A stretch of 64,000 nt of DNA, from the NCBI GenBank assembly GCA_038040485.1, contig JBBPIE010000013.1, positions 84,209 through 148,208 on the forward strand, in the 5' to 3' direction. A model generated the notes under the pieces. The model saw only the letters and a program-made list of their open reading frames with translations. It had not been told where the DNA came from and searched no databases. Positions 18,417 through 30,904 of this stretch are shown here, one piece after another. Made by a program: the position numbers and the translations under genes. Source of the DNA: Candidatus Onstottus arcticum. Its GTDB lineage: Bacteria; Acidobacteriota; Blastocatellia; UBA7656. Numbering within the stretch: the stretch's first letter is position 1; each line of letters starts with the position of its first letter.

Positions 18417-20141
18417 TTACTGGCTCTTGCCGGTGAAGCCCGCGAGCATCACCGCAATCGCGTCGAGGTCTTCGCGAGGCGGGGGGATTGGCGTTTTCGG
18501 GGCCAACAAAGGATCGCGTAATGCCGCGCTCCGTTCCAGGTTGTAGTAGTTGTTGAGCATCAGCGAGAAAGCCAGTCGTTCGCCCGATGCCGTCGTGACG
18601 AAACCCGACATCGTGAAAACATAACGAAGACTCCCGGTCTTCGCGCGAACATTGCCAGCCGCGGCCGTTCCCTTCATTCGCTTCTCCAACGTTCCATCCA
18701 CGCCCGCGATCGGAAGCGCATTCCGATAAGCTTCAGCCAGGCGGTGCCGGCTCATGTACGCGAGAAGCGCAACGGTCGCGTTCGGAGTGATCACGTCGCG
18801 CCGGCTCAAACCCGCGCCCTCCTCCAGCAACACGTCGCCTTCCTTCACTCCGGCCTGCGCGAGAAACTCCTGCATCGACTCAACACCCTTGTCTTCGGTC
18901 GTCAGTTGGGGGTTGAGGGGTTGAGGGTTGGGCTCCGATTTCTCGGTTTGCGCGCCGCCGGCTGCATTCTTCGCACTGCTCTTTTCTTCTGACGCCGAAC
19001 TCATATCCCCCTTCCCCCGGTTCGCTCCGACTTGCAAAAGCAGCAACTGCGCCCACAGGTTTTGCGAAGGCTTAAGCGTCTCGCGAACCATGTCCTTCAA
19101 TGCCATTGATTCGATGGAACAGATCTCGATGAGTTTGCTGAGATCGAGCGGCGTCACGTCACGATATTTCGAGTCGATCGTGCGCGTTCGACCTATCACC
19201 GTGACGCCCCGCCTCGCGAGCGCCTCCTTGAGCATACTCACAAACAAGCTCGCGGGATTGTGAACGGCGTACGAGCCCGTGAAACCCGCGCTGTCCACCG
19301 CCGCGTGTCCCGACACGTAGATGATGTTCTCGCCGACCGGACGATAAACCGATATGCGAGTTTCAGTTCCCTTTGCAGCCGTTTGTGTGCGGTTGATGAT
19401 CGTCACAAGCGAGGTCTGCGGGCCGGTCGATATGCGGCACGGCAAGCCCGCTCGCTCGGCTGGCTTCACAAAGAGATCGATCGAGTTGTCGTTGACCGTG
19501 AGCGCCGACGCTTCCGCGCCGTAGTAGGCTTGAAGATCGTCCCACTCCCAACCCGACCCGAACGGCGGACCGCTGAAGAAGCTCTCATCGCCGATCAGAT
19601 CGCCCTCGACGCGCCTGACTCCAGCGTTCACGATTTGCGCCACCAGCGGATCGAGCGGCTTCCAGTAGTCGCCCTCATTCAGGCGCGCCGCCATCGTCGG
19701 ATCGCCGCGCCCATACACGATCAAGTCGCCCTTCACCGTCCCGTTCGCGTCGGGTCTCGATGAACAATAGACCGAGGTCTTGATTCGAAATTCCGGGCCG
19801 AGCCTGTCGAGGGCGAGCGCCGCAGTGAAGAGCTTGGCGTTGGAAGCGGGGCTGAAGTACTTCTGAGGGTTGTGCTCGAAGACGGTCTTGCCGGAATCGA
19901 GCGAGACGATCTTGACGCCCCACGACGCGGCGGTGAAACGCGGGAGCGCGATGTGAGCCGCGATTCTCGCGCGAAGTGAGTCGAGGGTCTCAGCTTGAAC
20001 CGCAGGTCGCTGAGCTGACTGCGCCGCGCGGTCTTGCGCGGTTGCTGCCCGTAATGCCGCAGGGTCAAGCGGCGTTCCGAGCAAGAGCGTCACGGCTGAA
20101 ACGCAAATCAACGCGGCACGATTCATTGGACTCTTGATCAT
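18417..20141 (-). CDS. dacB: D-alanyl-D-alanine carboxypeptidase/endopeptidase (PBP4, S13 family) with a low-complexity insertion
   Basis: Signal peptide; SPASNAKL (SxxK) motif and overall PBP4-like length; internal G/S/K/E-rich insertion. Confidence 0.7.
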   Translation of the reverse strand: MIKSPMNRAALICVSAVTLLLGTPLDPAALRAATAQDRAAQSAQRPAVQAETLDSLRARIAAHIALPRFTAASWGVKIVSLDSGKTVFEHNPQKYFSPASNAKLFTAALALDRLGPEFRIKTSVYCSSRPDANGTVKGDLIVYGRGDPTMAARLNEGDYWKPLDPLVAQIVNAGVRRVEGDLIGDESFFSGPPFGSGWEWDDLQAYYGAEASALTVNDNSIDLFVKPAERAGLPCRISTGPQTSLVTIINRTQTAAKGTETRISVYRPVGENIIYVSGHAAVDSAGFTGSYAVHNPASLFVSMLKEALARRGVTVIGRTRTIDSKYRDVTPLDLSKLIEICSIESMALKDMVRETLKPSQNLWAQLLLLQVGANRGKGDMSSASEEKSSAKNAAGGAQTEKSEPNPQPLNPQLTTEDKGVESMQEFLAQAGVKEGDVLLEEGAGLSRRDVITPNATVALLAYMSRHRLAEAYRNALPIAGVDGTLEKRMKGTAAAGNVRAKTGSLRYVFTMSGFVTTASGERLAFSLMLNNYYNLERSAALRDPLLAPKTPIPPPREDLDAIAVMLAGFTGKSQ

Positions 20142-20174
20142 CGCTGCGAGGTAACTCTCAAGCCTCGGGCCGCG

Positions 20175-20732
20175 TTACTCGGCGCGCGCCTCGCTGACTA
20201 GTTCTTCAAACAATGGCACGAGATCGCCGGCATACTGTCCGAGGTAGTCTCGAACTCGCTTCACGTCAGCTCCGGCTTTGACAAGCTCGACGACATCCAC
20301 GATGTCTCTGCGCCGTTTCGCCGCCAGTTTCATGTAAATGAGCGCCTCAATTGGAACGATGGCCAGGCCTTCACTCTTTGGGGGATGGTCGAGAACCTCT
20401 TCCAGTTGAGGGCCGAGCGCGGCAGGCGAGAGGTAATCTATGCGAATACCATCGACTTCAATTGGGACGCCGGGCTTGAAAGCCACCAGCGATCCCTGAT
20501 GGTCAAACGCTTCTTCCCCCACCAGAAAATCTACGTCGGTGGTGGCTCGAATGTAGCCGTGAGCTCCGACGGCCAGTCCACCGGCCAACGCGTGGCGAAT
20601 CCCAAGAAGATTCAATTGGGCGGCAGTTTTGAGCGCCGCATCACGCACTCTGGGAGCAACGAAGCGGAAGGTGTCTTTGATGTCCATGAGATCTGCAGGA
20701 CGACGAGGAATCTGTGCATACGACATTTCCAT
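20175..20732 (-). CDS. Nucleotidyltransferase-fold protein (AbiEii/DUF2204-like)
   Basis: GGLAVGAHGYIRATTDVDFLV motif typical of minimal nucleotidyltransferases. Confidence 0.45.
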   Translation of the reverse strand: MEMSYAQIPRRPADLMDIKDTFRFVAPRVRDAALKTAAQLNLLGIRHALAGGLAVGAHGYIRATTDVDFLVGEEAFDHQGSLVAFKPGVPIEVDGIRIDYLSPAALGPQLEEVLDHPPKSEGLAIVPIEALIYMKLAAKRRRDIVDVVELVKAGADVKRVRDYLGQYAGDLVPLFEELVSEARAE

Positions 20733-20966
20733 TGCTGGCTTAGGTCTTCACCAATTTGCAAACGAACTGAGATTGAGTATAGGACCGGCTTACTGGCTGC
20801 GCAATGATTGTCTGGGGAGAGGAGGCTTGCGGTTGCCGCGCCGAATGCTCCAAGGTGATTGCGGCCTCTCAGGCAACCGGATATTCTTCTGACGCTCGCG
20901 AGCCCTTGGATTGTCGTTCGCGTTCCGAGAGAGGAAGCTCATTCCGGCTTGCATTCGATTCGAGCG

Positions 20967-23900
20967 ATGCAAAGACTGAATCTCAAGACAACTCACAAAC
21001 CCGTTAGGGATTACTACGAGGCGCTTCAGCAGTTCTCCAGGATTGGCGTCTCGCACGAGGGCGCAGTCCGAAGCGCCTTTCAATCTCTGCTCGAATCATG
21101 CGGCTCTCAGTTTGGTTGGAAGCTGGTTCCCGAATGGCCGATAAAGAAATCGCGCCTCCGGGTCGATGGCGCTCTCGTTGACGCCTTCAATCTGACACAC
21201 GGTTTCTGGGAGGCCAAAGATCAACACGATGATCTTAAGGTCGAAGTTAAGCGCAAGTTCGCTGCGGGCTATCCCCGAAACAACATCCTCTTTCAAGCGC
21301 CCGAGCGAGCGATCCTCTATCAGGACAGCCGGCACGTACTCGACGAAGACATCACGAAACCCGAAGCTCTCGTAGAAACTCTCAAACGCTTTGTCGAGTA
21401 CACGCCTCCGGCATTCGAGGAGTGGGAAGAGGCCGTCGCGCAGTTTCAAGTCAAAGTGCCGGAGCTTGCCGCGGCGTTGGTTAAGCTCATCGATGAAGAG
21501 AGGAAAACAAATAGCCGGTTCATCGAGGCATTTACCGGGTTCTTGGAGCTGTGCCGTCAGTCGATAAACCCCAATCTTTCGGAACAGGCTGTTGAAGAAA
21601 TGCTCATCCAGCACCTGTTAACCGAGCGCATCTTCCGCACCGTTTTCGACAATGCCGACTTCACTCGCCGCAACGTCATCGCAGCCGAGATTGAAAAAGT
21701 CATAGACGCGCTAACCTCTCATTCCTTCAGCCGCGAGGCGTTCTTAAAGAGCCTCGATCACTTCTATAAAGCGATTGAAACGACTGCCGCGACGATCGAC
21801 GACTTCTCGCATAAGCAGCACTTCTTGAATGCCGTCTACGAGAAGTTCTTTCAGGGATTCTCGGTCAAAGTCGCCGACACGCACGGCATCGTCTACACGC
21901 CTCAGCCAATCGTGAACTTCATGGTTCGTAGCGTCGAGGACATCCTTGAAAAGGAATTCGGCAAGACACTCAGCAGCCGGGACGTCCATATTCTCGATCC
22001 GTTTGTGGGCACAGGAAATTTCATCGTGAGGGTGATTCAGGAAATCAAAAAGACCGCGCTGCCTCACAAGTACAAACACGAGCTTCATTGCAACGAAGTG
22101 ATGTTGTTGCCTTACTACATAGCCTCAATGAACATCGAGCACGAGTATTTCGAGAGGACCGGAACCTACGAACCGTTCGAAGGAATTTGCCTCGTTGATA
22201 CCTTCGAGTTGGCTGAGGGTAGTCAGACACGGCTTTCATTCATGACCGCGGAAAACACGGCTCGCGTGGAACGTCAGAAACGCAGCCCGATATTTGTCAT
22301 TATCGGGAATCCTCCTTATAACACAGCTCAGTTGAATGAAAACGACAACAACAAGAATCGCAAGTACAAGGTCATGGATAAGCGTGTCTCGGAAACCTAC
22401 GGGAAAGATTCAAAGGCTACGCTTGTGAGTAAACTGAGCGATCCTTATGTAAAGGCAATCCGTTGGGCATCAGATCGAATAGGTGAGGAAGGGATAGTGG
22501 CATTTGTGACGAATAGTGGTTTCTTAGATCAGATCGCCTTTGATGGGATACGAAAGCACCTCGAGCAAGACTTTGATGAGATCTACATTTTTGATTTGGG
22601 CGGTAACGTCAGGAAGAACACGAAACTGTCAGGGACCACTCATAATGTCTTTGGTATACAAGTAGGTGTCAGCATCAATCTGCTCGTCAGAAAAAGGACC
22701 GGCCGACCCTCTAACGGCGCGACAATCTACTATGCGCGAGTAGACGAATTCTGGCGCAGAGAAAACAAGTATCGGTATCTCGAGGAGTCAGGGAACAGAA
22801 CTAATATTGATTGGCAGGTCGTTCACCCTGAGGGGAATAATACGTGGCTTACAGAGGGACTTCACACTGACTTCAACTCGTTCCTACCGATAGCAACAAA
22901 GGCGACAAAACAAGCAAAGCGGTTGAATCCTGAGGTCGTCTTCAAGACTTACAGCCTTGGTGTGGCAACAAATCGCGACGAATGGGTCTATGATTTTAGG
23001 CAAACTGATCTAGAGCAGAAGATCCGGACCCTTGTCCAGAATTATACCCTTGAATCTGCGCGATACGCTCAGGAGAGCGAGATTCACAACATTGATGAAT
23101 TCGTGAATAACAACCCCAGATTTCTAAAATGGACTGACAGGCTGAAGGAAGCTCTACAGCAAAGAAAAGTACTTAGATTTGATCCAACACAAATCCGTCA
23201 TTCGCTATATCGCCCCTTCGTCAAAAAGTTTCTGTATTTCGATCATCTTCTCAATCAAAGAAGATACCGGCAGCATATTGTCTTCCCTAACCCCGAGTCT
23301 GAAACCGAAAACCAAGTGATCTGTGTTGGCGGCTATGGTCGAAAGGTGTTTTCTGTTCTGTTGAGTAGTTGCATTCCAGATTTGAACTTTTACGCTGATC
23401 CACAACAATCTTTCCCCGTGTACACCTATGACGAGGACGGCACCAACCGCAAAGAGAACATCACTGACTGGGTGCTTGAGAAGTTCCGCTCGCACTACGA
23501 TGAATCATCAATCACCAAGTGGGACATCTTTCACTACGTCTATGCCCTTCTCCATCATGCCGTCTATCGTGAGCGTTACGCCGCAAACCTCAAGCGGGAG
23601 CTTCCCCGTATTCCGTTCGCTCCCGGCTTCCGAGCCTTCGCAGACGCGGGCGCGCGGTTGGCAGACATCCACGTGAACTACGAAGAGCAGCCGGAATATC
23701 CACTCGACAAGATCGAAGTACCCGGCGCGCAACTCGACTGGCGAGTCGAGAGGATGCGGCTGACGAAAGACAAGACTGAAATCATCTACAACGACTTCTT
23801 GCGGCTGTCAGGGATTCCGCTGGAGTGTTTCGAGTATCGCCTGGGCAATCGCTCGGCGTTAGAGTGGGTGATCGACCAGTATCAAGTCTCAACAGACAAG

Positions 23901-24044
23901 CGAAGCGGCATAACCAACGATCCAAACCGCGCCGACGATCCCGAGTACATCGTCAGGCTGATCGGCCAGGTGATCACTGTAAGCTTGGAAACGGTAAGGA
24001 TCGTTCGCGGGCTGCCCGTCCTCGGGATCGCGCCAGACGCCTAG
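20967..24044 (+). CDS. MmeI-family Type IIL/IIG restriction-modification enzyme (N-terminal PD-ExK nuclease-like region plus N6-adenine methyltransferase plus C-terminal target-recognition region)
   Basis: N-terminal D..(x)n..FWEAKD (D-EAK) arrangement similar to the MmeI nuclease motif; motif I LDPFVGTGNF and motif IV GNPPYN; GC clearly lower than the surroundings. The ORF track offers an alternative TTG start at 20859. Confidence 0.6.
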   Translation: MQRLNLKTTHKPVRDYYEALQQFSRIGVSHEGAVRSAFQSLLESCGSQFGWKLVPEWPIKKSRLRVDGALVDAFNLTHGFWEAKDQHDDLKVEVKRKFAAGYPRNNILFQAPERAILYQDSRHVLDEDITKPEALVETLKRFVEYTPPAFEEWEEAVAQFQVKVPELAAALVKLIDEERKTNSRFIEAFTGFLELCRQSINPNLSEQAVEEMLIQHLLTERIFRTVFDNADFTRRNVIAAEIEKVIDALTSHSFSREAFLKSLDHFYKAIETTAATIDDFSHKQHFLNAVYEKFFQGFSVKVADTHGIVYTPQPIVNFMVRSVEDILEKEFGKTLSSRDVHILDPFVGTGNFIVRVIQEIKKTALPHKYKHELHCNEVMLLPYYIASMNIEHEYFERTGTYEPFEGICLVDTFELAEGSQTRLSFMTAENTARVERQKRSPIFVIIGNPPYNTAQLNENDNNKNRKYKVMDKRVSETYGKDSKATLVSKLSDPYVKAIRWASDRIGEEGIVAFVTNSGFLDQIAFDGIRKHLEQDFDEIYIFDLGGNVRKNTKLSGTTHNVFGIQVGVSINLLVRKRTGRPSNGATIYYARVDEFWRRENKYRYLEESGNRTNIDWQVVHPEGNNTWLTEGLHTDFNSFLPIATKATKQAKRLNPEVVFKTYSLGVATNRDEWVYDFRQTDLEQKIRTLVQNYTLESARYAQESEIHNIDEFVNNNPRFLKWTDRLKEALQQRKVLRFDPTQIRHSLYRPFVKKFLYFDHLLNQRRYRQHIVFPNPESETENQVICVGGYGRKVFSVLLSSCIPDLNFYADPQQSFPVYTYDEDGTNRKENITDWVLEKFRSHYDESSITKWDIFHYVYALLHHAVYRERYAANLKRELPRIPFAPGFRAFADAGARLADIHVNYEEQPEYPLDKIEVPGAQLDWRVERMRLTKDKTEIIYNDFLRLSGIPLECFEYRLGNRSALEWVIDQYQVSTDKRSGITNDPNRADDPEYIVRLIGQVITVSLETVRIVRGLPVLGIAPDA

Positions 24045-24133
24045 AAACAGTTGGCTACCCAAGTCGCTCGTCGATTCACGAATCGTCGTTGGTGAGAATG
24101 ATGCCGCCACCGCCCGCTTGAAAAGGCTTCGTC

Positions 24134-24568
24134 CTAGGATGCTGGCGCGGGCAACAATTCCCTCTCAATCTCCGCGATCAAGAATGGCAGATTGGGCAAG
24201 GTAAAGCTCAAGCCCGGAGCAGGTAGACGATGGTGCCTGATGTCTGGAGGGATGTGCTTGTGATGCGGGTGCGTGCTGCCGAGCGTGACGTCGCCGGGAT
24301 GTGGTTGCGAATCGTACCAGTAGAGCTTCTCCGCGCCGAGCCAGACCTCGTAACCGTAGCTAACGATCCGTAAGACTCCGGCAGCAAGCATCAATCGTTC
24401 ACTCACGACTAACCGCACGCCGCCGGGAAAGATGACTTCGCCACGGACCAGCGCCGTTCCCGCGCCGCGCCGCACGACCAGCAGCGTCGAGTATACAATT
24501 GCCGGGAACTGCTGTGGCAATCCGTAGATGAATTCTTCGTACTCACTTAGCGAGTTCAAGTGGTTCAC
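24134..24568 (-). CDS. Hypothetical protein (His-rich HPHHKH segment), second gene of a two-gene operon
   Basis: ORF only; 26-bp overlap with the upstream small ORF. Confidence 0.3.
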   Translation of the reverse strand: MNHLNSLSEYEEFIYGLPQQFPAIVYSTLLVVRRGAGTALVRGEVIFPGGVRLVVSERLMLAAGVLRIVSYGYEVWLGAEKLYWYDSQPHPGDVTLGSTHPHHKHIPPDIRHHRLPAPGLSFTLPNLPFLIAEIERELLPAPAS

Positions 24569-24848
24569 GGCGTGCGACTCGTTTCAGGACTTCTGAGAGT
24601 GAGGTCTGCGCGGTCAGATTTCGAATCAAGTCCTGATACTCCTGGCGACGGCGCTCCCGGATTTCATAGGCTCCGGCCCAATCGCTCCAATCCAACATCC
24701 AGGCATCATCTGCCGGTTCTTCGCCCGATTGGTAGGCTTCATAAAACGTCTCGGAAAGGATGCCGTACTTGCGCTCGTAGTTTTCCAGGTCGGCTTCGAG
24801 TGCGTGAATATCCCGCACGACTTCGTCTATTGTCATCATTGGCGTCAT
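24543..24848 (-). CDS. Hypothetical small acidic protein, first gene of a two-gene operon (possibly TA-like)
   Basis: ORF only; overlaps its downstream partner. Confidence 0.3.
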   Translation of the reverse strand: MTPMMTIDEVVRDIHALEADLENYERKYGILSETFYEAYQSGEEPADDAWMLDWSDWAGAYEIRERRRQEYQDLIRNLTAQTSLSEVLKRVARREPLELAK

Positions 24849-24982
24849 TGGTTCGCTCCTTGTGAATCAATGCCTGGCTGAGGCGATTATACGGCACGGC
24901 AGGTCGCACGACCAGAACTACAGCACGCCACTGGATTATTGTATTCAGGATGCTTCTTTCGGCGGGTCGAACGGCGAATTGA

Positions 24983-25951
24983 CTAGCCGAGTCGCTGGGC
25001 CAGCTCCCGAGCGAAGTAGGTGAGAATGATATCCGCGCCGGCGCGCTTGATTGACGTCAACGTCTCCAACGCTACGCGCTCTTCGTCGATCCACCCCAGC
25101 CGTCCCGCGGCCTTGATCATCGCGTATTCGCCGGAGACTTGATAAGCAGCCACCGGCAAATCGAATCGCTCGCGCACCGCGCGGATGATGTCGAGATACG
25201 GCAACGCCGGCTTGACCAACAGGATGTCGGCGCCTTGCTCTACGTCAAGCGCAGCTTCCTTCAACGCTTCCCGCGCGTTCGCCGGGTCCATCTGATAGCC
25301 GCGCCGGTCGCCGAACTGAGGAGCCGACTGCGCCGCCTCACGAAAAGGTCCATAAAACCCTGAAGCGTACTTCACCGCGTAAGACATTATGGGAATCTGC
25401 TCGAAGCCCGCGCCGTCGAGAGCCGCGCGAATCGCTTCGACAAAGCCGTCCATCATGTTTGAAGGCGCGATGATGTCCGCACCTGCTTCGGCTTGCGAGA
25501 CCGCCGTTCGAGCCAGCAAGTCGAGCGACGGGTCGTTCAACACTTCGCCGTCTTCGATCACTCCGCAATGGCCGTGATCGGTGTACTCGCACAGGCAATT
25601 GTCCGCGATGACGACGATGTCTTTGACTTCGCGTTTGATGGCGCGAATGGCCTGCTGGGTTATGCCGTCTTCTGCATAAGCCTGGCTGCCCGCGGCGTCT
25701 TTCTTATCAGGCACGCCGAACAGGATGACCGCGCGAATGCCGTCGCGGCGGGCGGCTTCGGTCTCTTTGACCAACTCGTCGATTGAAAAATTGAAGCACC
25801 CGGGCATCGAGCCGATCTCGCGCCTTACGCCTTCGCCCTCGCAGACGAACAACGGATAAACAAAGTCGTCGGGTGAGAGTTTGGTTTCGCGAACGAGCGC
25901 GCGGATTGATTCGGTGCGGCGAAGCCGGCGGGGGCGGCGTGTCAGGTTCAT
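24983..25951 (-). CDS. hemB: Porphobilinogen synthase (delta-aminolevulinate dehydratase)
   Basis: Full-length collinear match to the HemB family, including the active-site Lys region [10 protein letters not shown]. Confidence 0.9.
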   Translation of the reverse strand: MNLTRRPRRLRRTESIRALVRETKLSPDDFVYPLFVCEGEGVRREIGSMPGCFNFSIDELVKETEAARRDGIRAVILFGVPDKKDAAGSQAYAEDGITQQAIRAIKREVKDIVVIADNCLCEYTDHGHCGVIEDGEVLNDPSLDLLARTAVSQAEAGADIIAPSNMMDGFVEAIRAALDGAGFEQIPIMSYAVKYASGFYGPFREAAQSAPQFGDRRGYQMDPANAREALKEAALDVEQGADILLVKPALPYLDIIRAVRERFDLPVAAYQVSGEYAMIKAAGRLGWIDEERVALETLTSIKRAGADIILTYFARELAQRLG

Positions 25952-26074
25952 CTTGAGGACTCCAGGACAAACGGCGTCGACGGCAAATCGTGAACGGGCA
26001 CCGCTGGTTGGCGGACGTTTTGAGCGAGAGGATGCCGTCCAACCGGCGGGCGCTTCGACGAGCCGCCCGCATCC

Positions 26075-26284
26075 CTACTGCTGGGTTTCGACCTCTTCCT
26101 CTTCGCCGGTGCCGAAGTAGAAAGCTACCGAACAGTTCTCAGCGCAAAACTTCTGACCATACTTGCGGAAGGCGCAATTCTCGCACACAGGCTTGAAGCA
26201 CTGAACGCATCTCGCGAGCCTGAACACCTTCGATGCCTTCTTACACTTGATGCAAACTGCCATCGCAAGACGAAAGTATACCAA
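26075..26284 (-). CDS. Small Cys-rich zinc-ribbon-like protein
   Basis: Four CxxC pairs (CIKC, CVQC, CENC, CAENC) within about 60 aa. Confidence 0.3.
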   Translation of the reverse strand: MVYFRLAMAVCIKCKKASKVFRLARCVQCFKPVCENCAFRKYGQKFCAENCSVAFYFGTGEEEEVETQQ

Positions 26285-26438
26285 ACGGGTCAGTGAGGGC
26301 TAGAGTTATTTGCCGGGGGCAGCGACAGCCGGATGAAGTGAACCGCGAGAGCCGATGAAAGTGGCTAGCCGTGAGGTGCAAGCCGCAACGGGCGCGCCCA
26401 CTCGGACGCGCCCGCCGCCTTCCCAAACACCGATTGGA

Positions 26439-27278
26439 TTAAGGCGCGATTGCGAAGCTAAGTTCAGGGTTGAAGCGTGCGATCACTCTCTCCTGATGCG
26501 CCACTATTCCGGCAAACTTAGCGAAAAAGCTCGCAGCGCCCGCCGGGCCGAGCACTTGATGGAAGGGCGATCCCTTGCCGATCTCGGCGAAGCTGTCCAT
26601 GAAGGTCACCGTGGTATAGCCGTAGCCATCGCCGCCAAAAACGGTCTGGCTTACGAAGTAGCCGATCACGTTTGCCTTTTTCATCACCGGCAGAACGTCA
26701 CTTTTCACAAGGTTTTCGAATGCAGTCCCTCGGCCGGGCACAACGCTGATCGAGTTGACCACCGCGAGTTTGGGAGGCCCGGTCATCGTCATCATCTTGC
26801 CCATGTAGCTCAAATCAAGGCGAGCCAGATCGCCAAAGGTGTGGGCGCTCACGACACACCGGCGCGATTTGGTTATGTAGTCACGCCAGGCGTCGTCACC
26901 TAGCGCCTTCCTCAACGGCGACATCGGCTCATCGTATTGAGCGAAGCTTGTGATCGGGGTGATGACCACGTACTCGTACGACTCGCCAAAGACCGCGGTC
27001 TCGAAGACGCTGCGTTCCTTCACGCCGGCTTTCTTGAGCGCAGGATTGACGACGTTCTTCTGCAAGTCCTGCCACTCGGTTACCATATCCGGTTTGACGC
27101 GAACTATAGAAATCGATGACCACTGCTGTGGCTGCGCGTCAGCCATCGGTTTAGCCTTCCTGGCCACGGGTTTCTTAGTCGCGGCCTTTGGCGTCATTGT
27201 TTCCTGCGCGATGGCCAGCACCGCCGCCATCGCTATGCACAAAGCTAGACCTACTATTCTCCAAGCTGTTCTTTTCAT
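26439..27278 (-). CDS. Secreted hypothetical protein with internal duplication
   Basis: Signal peptide; two similar halves (VRVKPDMVTEWQDLQKNVVNPALKKAGV / VPGRGTAFENLVKSDVLPVMKKANV). Confidence 0.4.
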   Translation of the reverse strand: MKRTAWRIVGLALCIAMAAVLAIAQETMTPKAATKKPVARKAKPMADAQPQQWSSISIVRVKPDMVTEWQDLQKNVVNPALKKAGVKERSVFETAVFGESYEYVVITPITSFAQYDEPMSPLRKALGDDAWRDYITKSRRCVVSAHTFGDLARLDLSYMGKMMTMTGPPKLAVVNSISVVPGRGTAFENLVKSDVLPVMKKANVIGYFVSQTVFGGDGYGYTTVTFMDSFAEIGKGSPFHQVLGPAGAASFFAKFAGIVAHQERVIARFNPELSFAIAP

Positions 27279-27596
27279 GGGTTCCTCCAGGTTGTTCAGA
27301 TCTGAGTGACGTTTTCAAATGAGGCCGCGAAAGCGGACCTTCAGGTTTGACAAATCCCGCTCGTGTCGAGCGCGCTATCTTATGTACTTGCCCTGCTCAA
27401 GTCAAGCGGCGGAATGAGACGGGTGCGAGTCAGGTTCTTTTGGTTGAATCCCCGAGGGATGCCGGAATAAAGCCGAGGGGTGAGTCCGCGAACCCGTGGA
27501 GACGCGGCGTGAAGAAGGCGCCTCACCGTCGAAGAGGGTGACGGCCTGTGCCACGCAACGAGACACAGGGTTCGCATGCCGCCACATTCCGGGCGG

Positions 27597-30061
<2,465 letters not shown>

Positions 30062-30141
30062 GGGTTTTCAGCCTAGCGCATTGCCGTTGAAGGTGTCAAA
30101 CGGAGTGGCTTGAAGCTAAAGGCTGTCTTAGAAGTCCACCA

Positions 30142-30492
30142 TCACTTGAGCGGAAGGTGCTGGGTTCGATCGCGCCATTCCGCCGGTTCGCTAGCCCCCG
30201 CAATCAGTTCGAGGTCGGAAATACAACCTCCAACGCTAACATTTAGTTGATGACCATAGATCACACCAGCGAAAGTCACGCCTGGCTGCTGACGTCTCTT
30301 AGCCTCGCGCAAGAGGTCGTCATCTTGTGTAAAGAGAACGCGTTCTAGCTCAGTTGCGCGATCAAGAAGCTGTCGATCATCCATCTGCGCCGCACCGTCC
30401 TCCTGAGCCGTCAGCACGTCTACGCCTTTCAGGTGCAACCCATCAGTTACGGCCCGGCGGACGTGTACGTCCATGTAGAGCCTAATGCTCAT
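30142..30492 (-). CDS. DUF5615-like (PIN-like) putative toxin
   Basis: Small protein paired and overlapping with a DUF433-like gene; general similarity to DUF5615. Confidence 0.5.
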   Translation of the reverse strand: MSIRLYMDVHVRRAVTDGLHLKGVDVLTAQEDGAAQMDDRQLLDRATELERVLFTQDDDLLREAKRRQQPGVTFAGVIYGHQLNVSVGGCISDLELIAGASEPAEWRDRTQHLPLK

Positions 30493-30800
30493 AGCAGGAG
30501 TTTCAGCGTGCGCAGGCGTTTCCTTAGGTCTGACTCCTCATCGTTCGCGGCCATCTGGTTGACCTCAGCCCACCGGCGCTGAATCTCCGCATCAAGCTCA
30601 GTCTGATGCTCGTGATAGTAGGCTAGCGCTGCGTGAATCTGAGCCATGGAGAGATGCGGGTACTGAAAATGAATTTCCTCAGGGCTTGAGCCGTGAGCCA
30701 GTTTATCAAGCACGACCTCGATCACCTTCACCCTTGTGCCAATGATCCAAGCAACTCCCCGCTCGTCCAACTCAACATAAGTGGCGGTCACAGTCGTCAT
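30489..30800 (-). CDS. DUF433-family putative antitoxin
   Basis: About 100 aa with the pattern typical of DUF433; 4-bp overlap with its partner. Confidence 0.55.
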   Translation of the reverse strand: MTTVTATYVELDERGVAWIIGTRVKVIEVVLDKLAHGSSPEEIHFQYPHLSMAQIHAALAYYHEHQTELDAEIQRRWAEVNQMAANDEESDLRKRLRTLKLLL

Positions 30801-30904
30801 TGCTTTCCTGATCCTCGGCGGCGAATCGGCTGTAATCTATCACGATCCAATTCAACACTCCAGCCTGACCATCCGCCCGTTGCGAGTGTGCTAGAATCGC
30901 CGAA

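Noticed and set aside
20859-20966. TTG start extending the MmeI-like ORF
   Set aside because: The first in-frame ATG (20967) gives an N-terminus that aligns with the start of MmeI-family helices. The extension is unconserved-looking and overlaps the divergent promoter region. The start remains uncertain.
20859-24044. BREX PglX assignment for the large methyltransferase
   Set aside because: No brxA, brxB, brxC, pglZ or brxL genes are present in the window. The presence of a D-EAK nuclease-like motif favours an MmeI-type Type IIL enzyme.
30150-30200. tRNA-like GGTTCGATC T-loop-like motif
   Set aside because: It lies inside the DUF5615 coding sequence. No acceptor stem, anticodon arm or 3' CCA context can be built.
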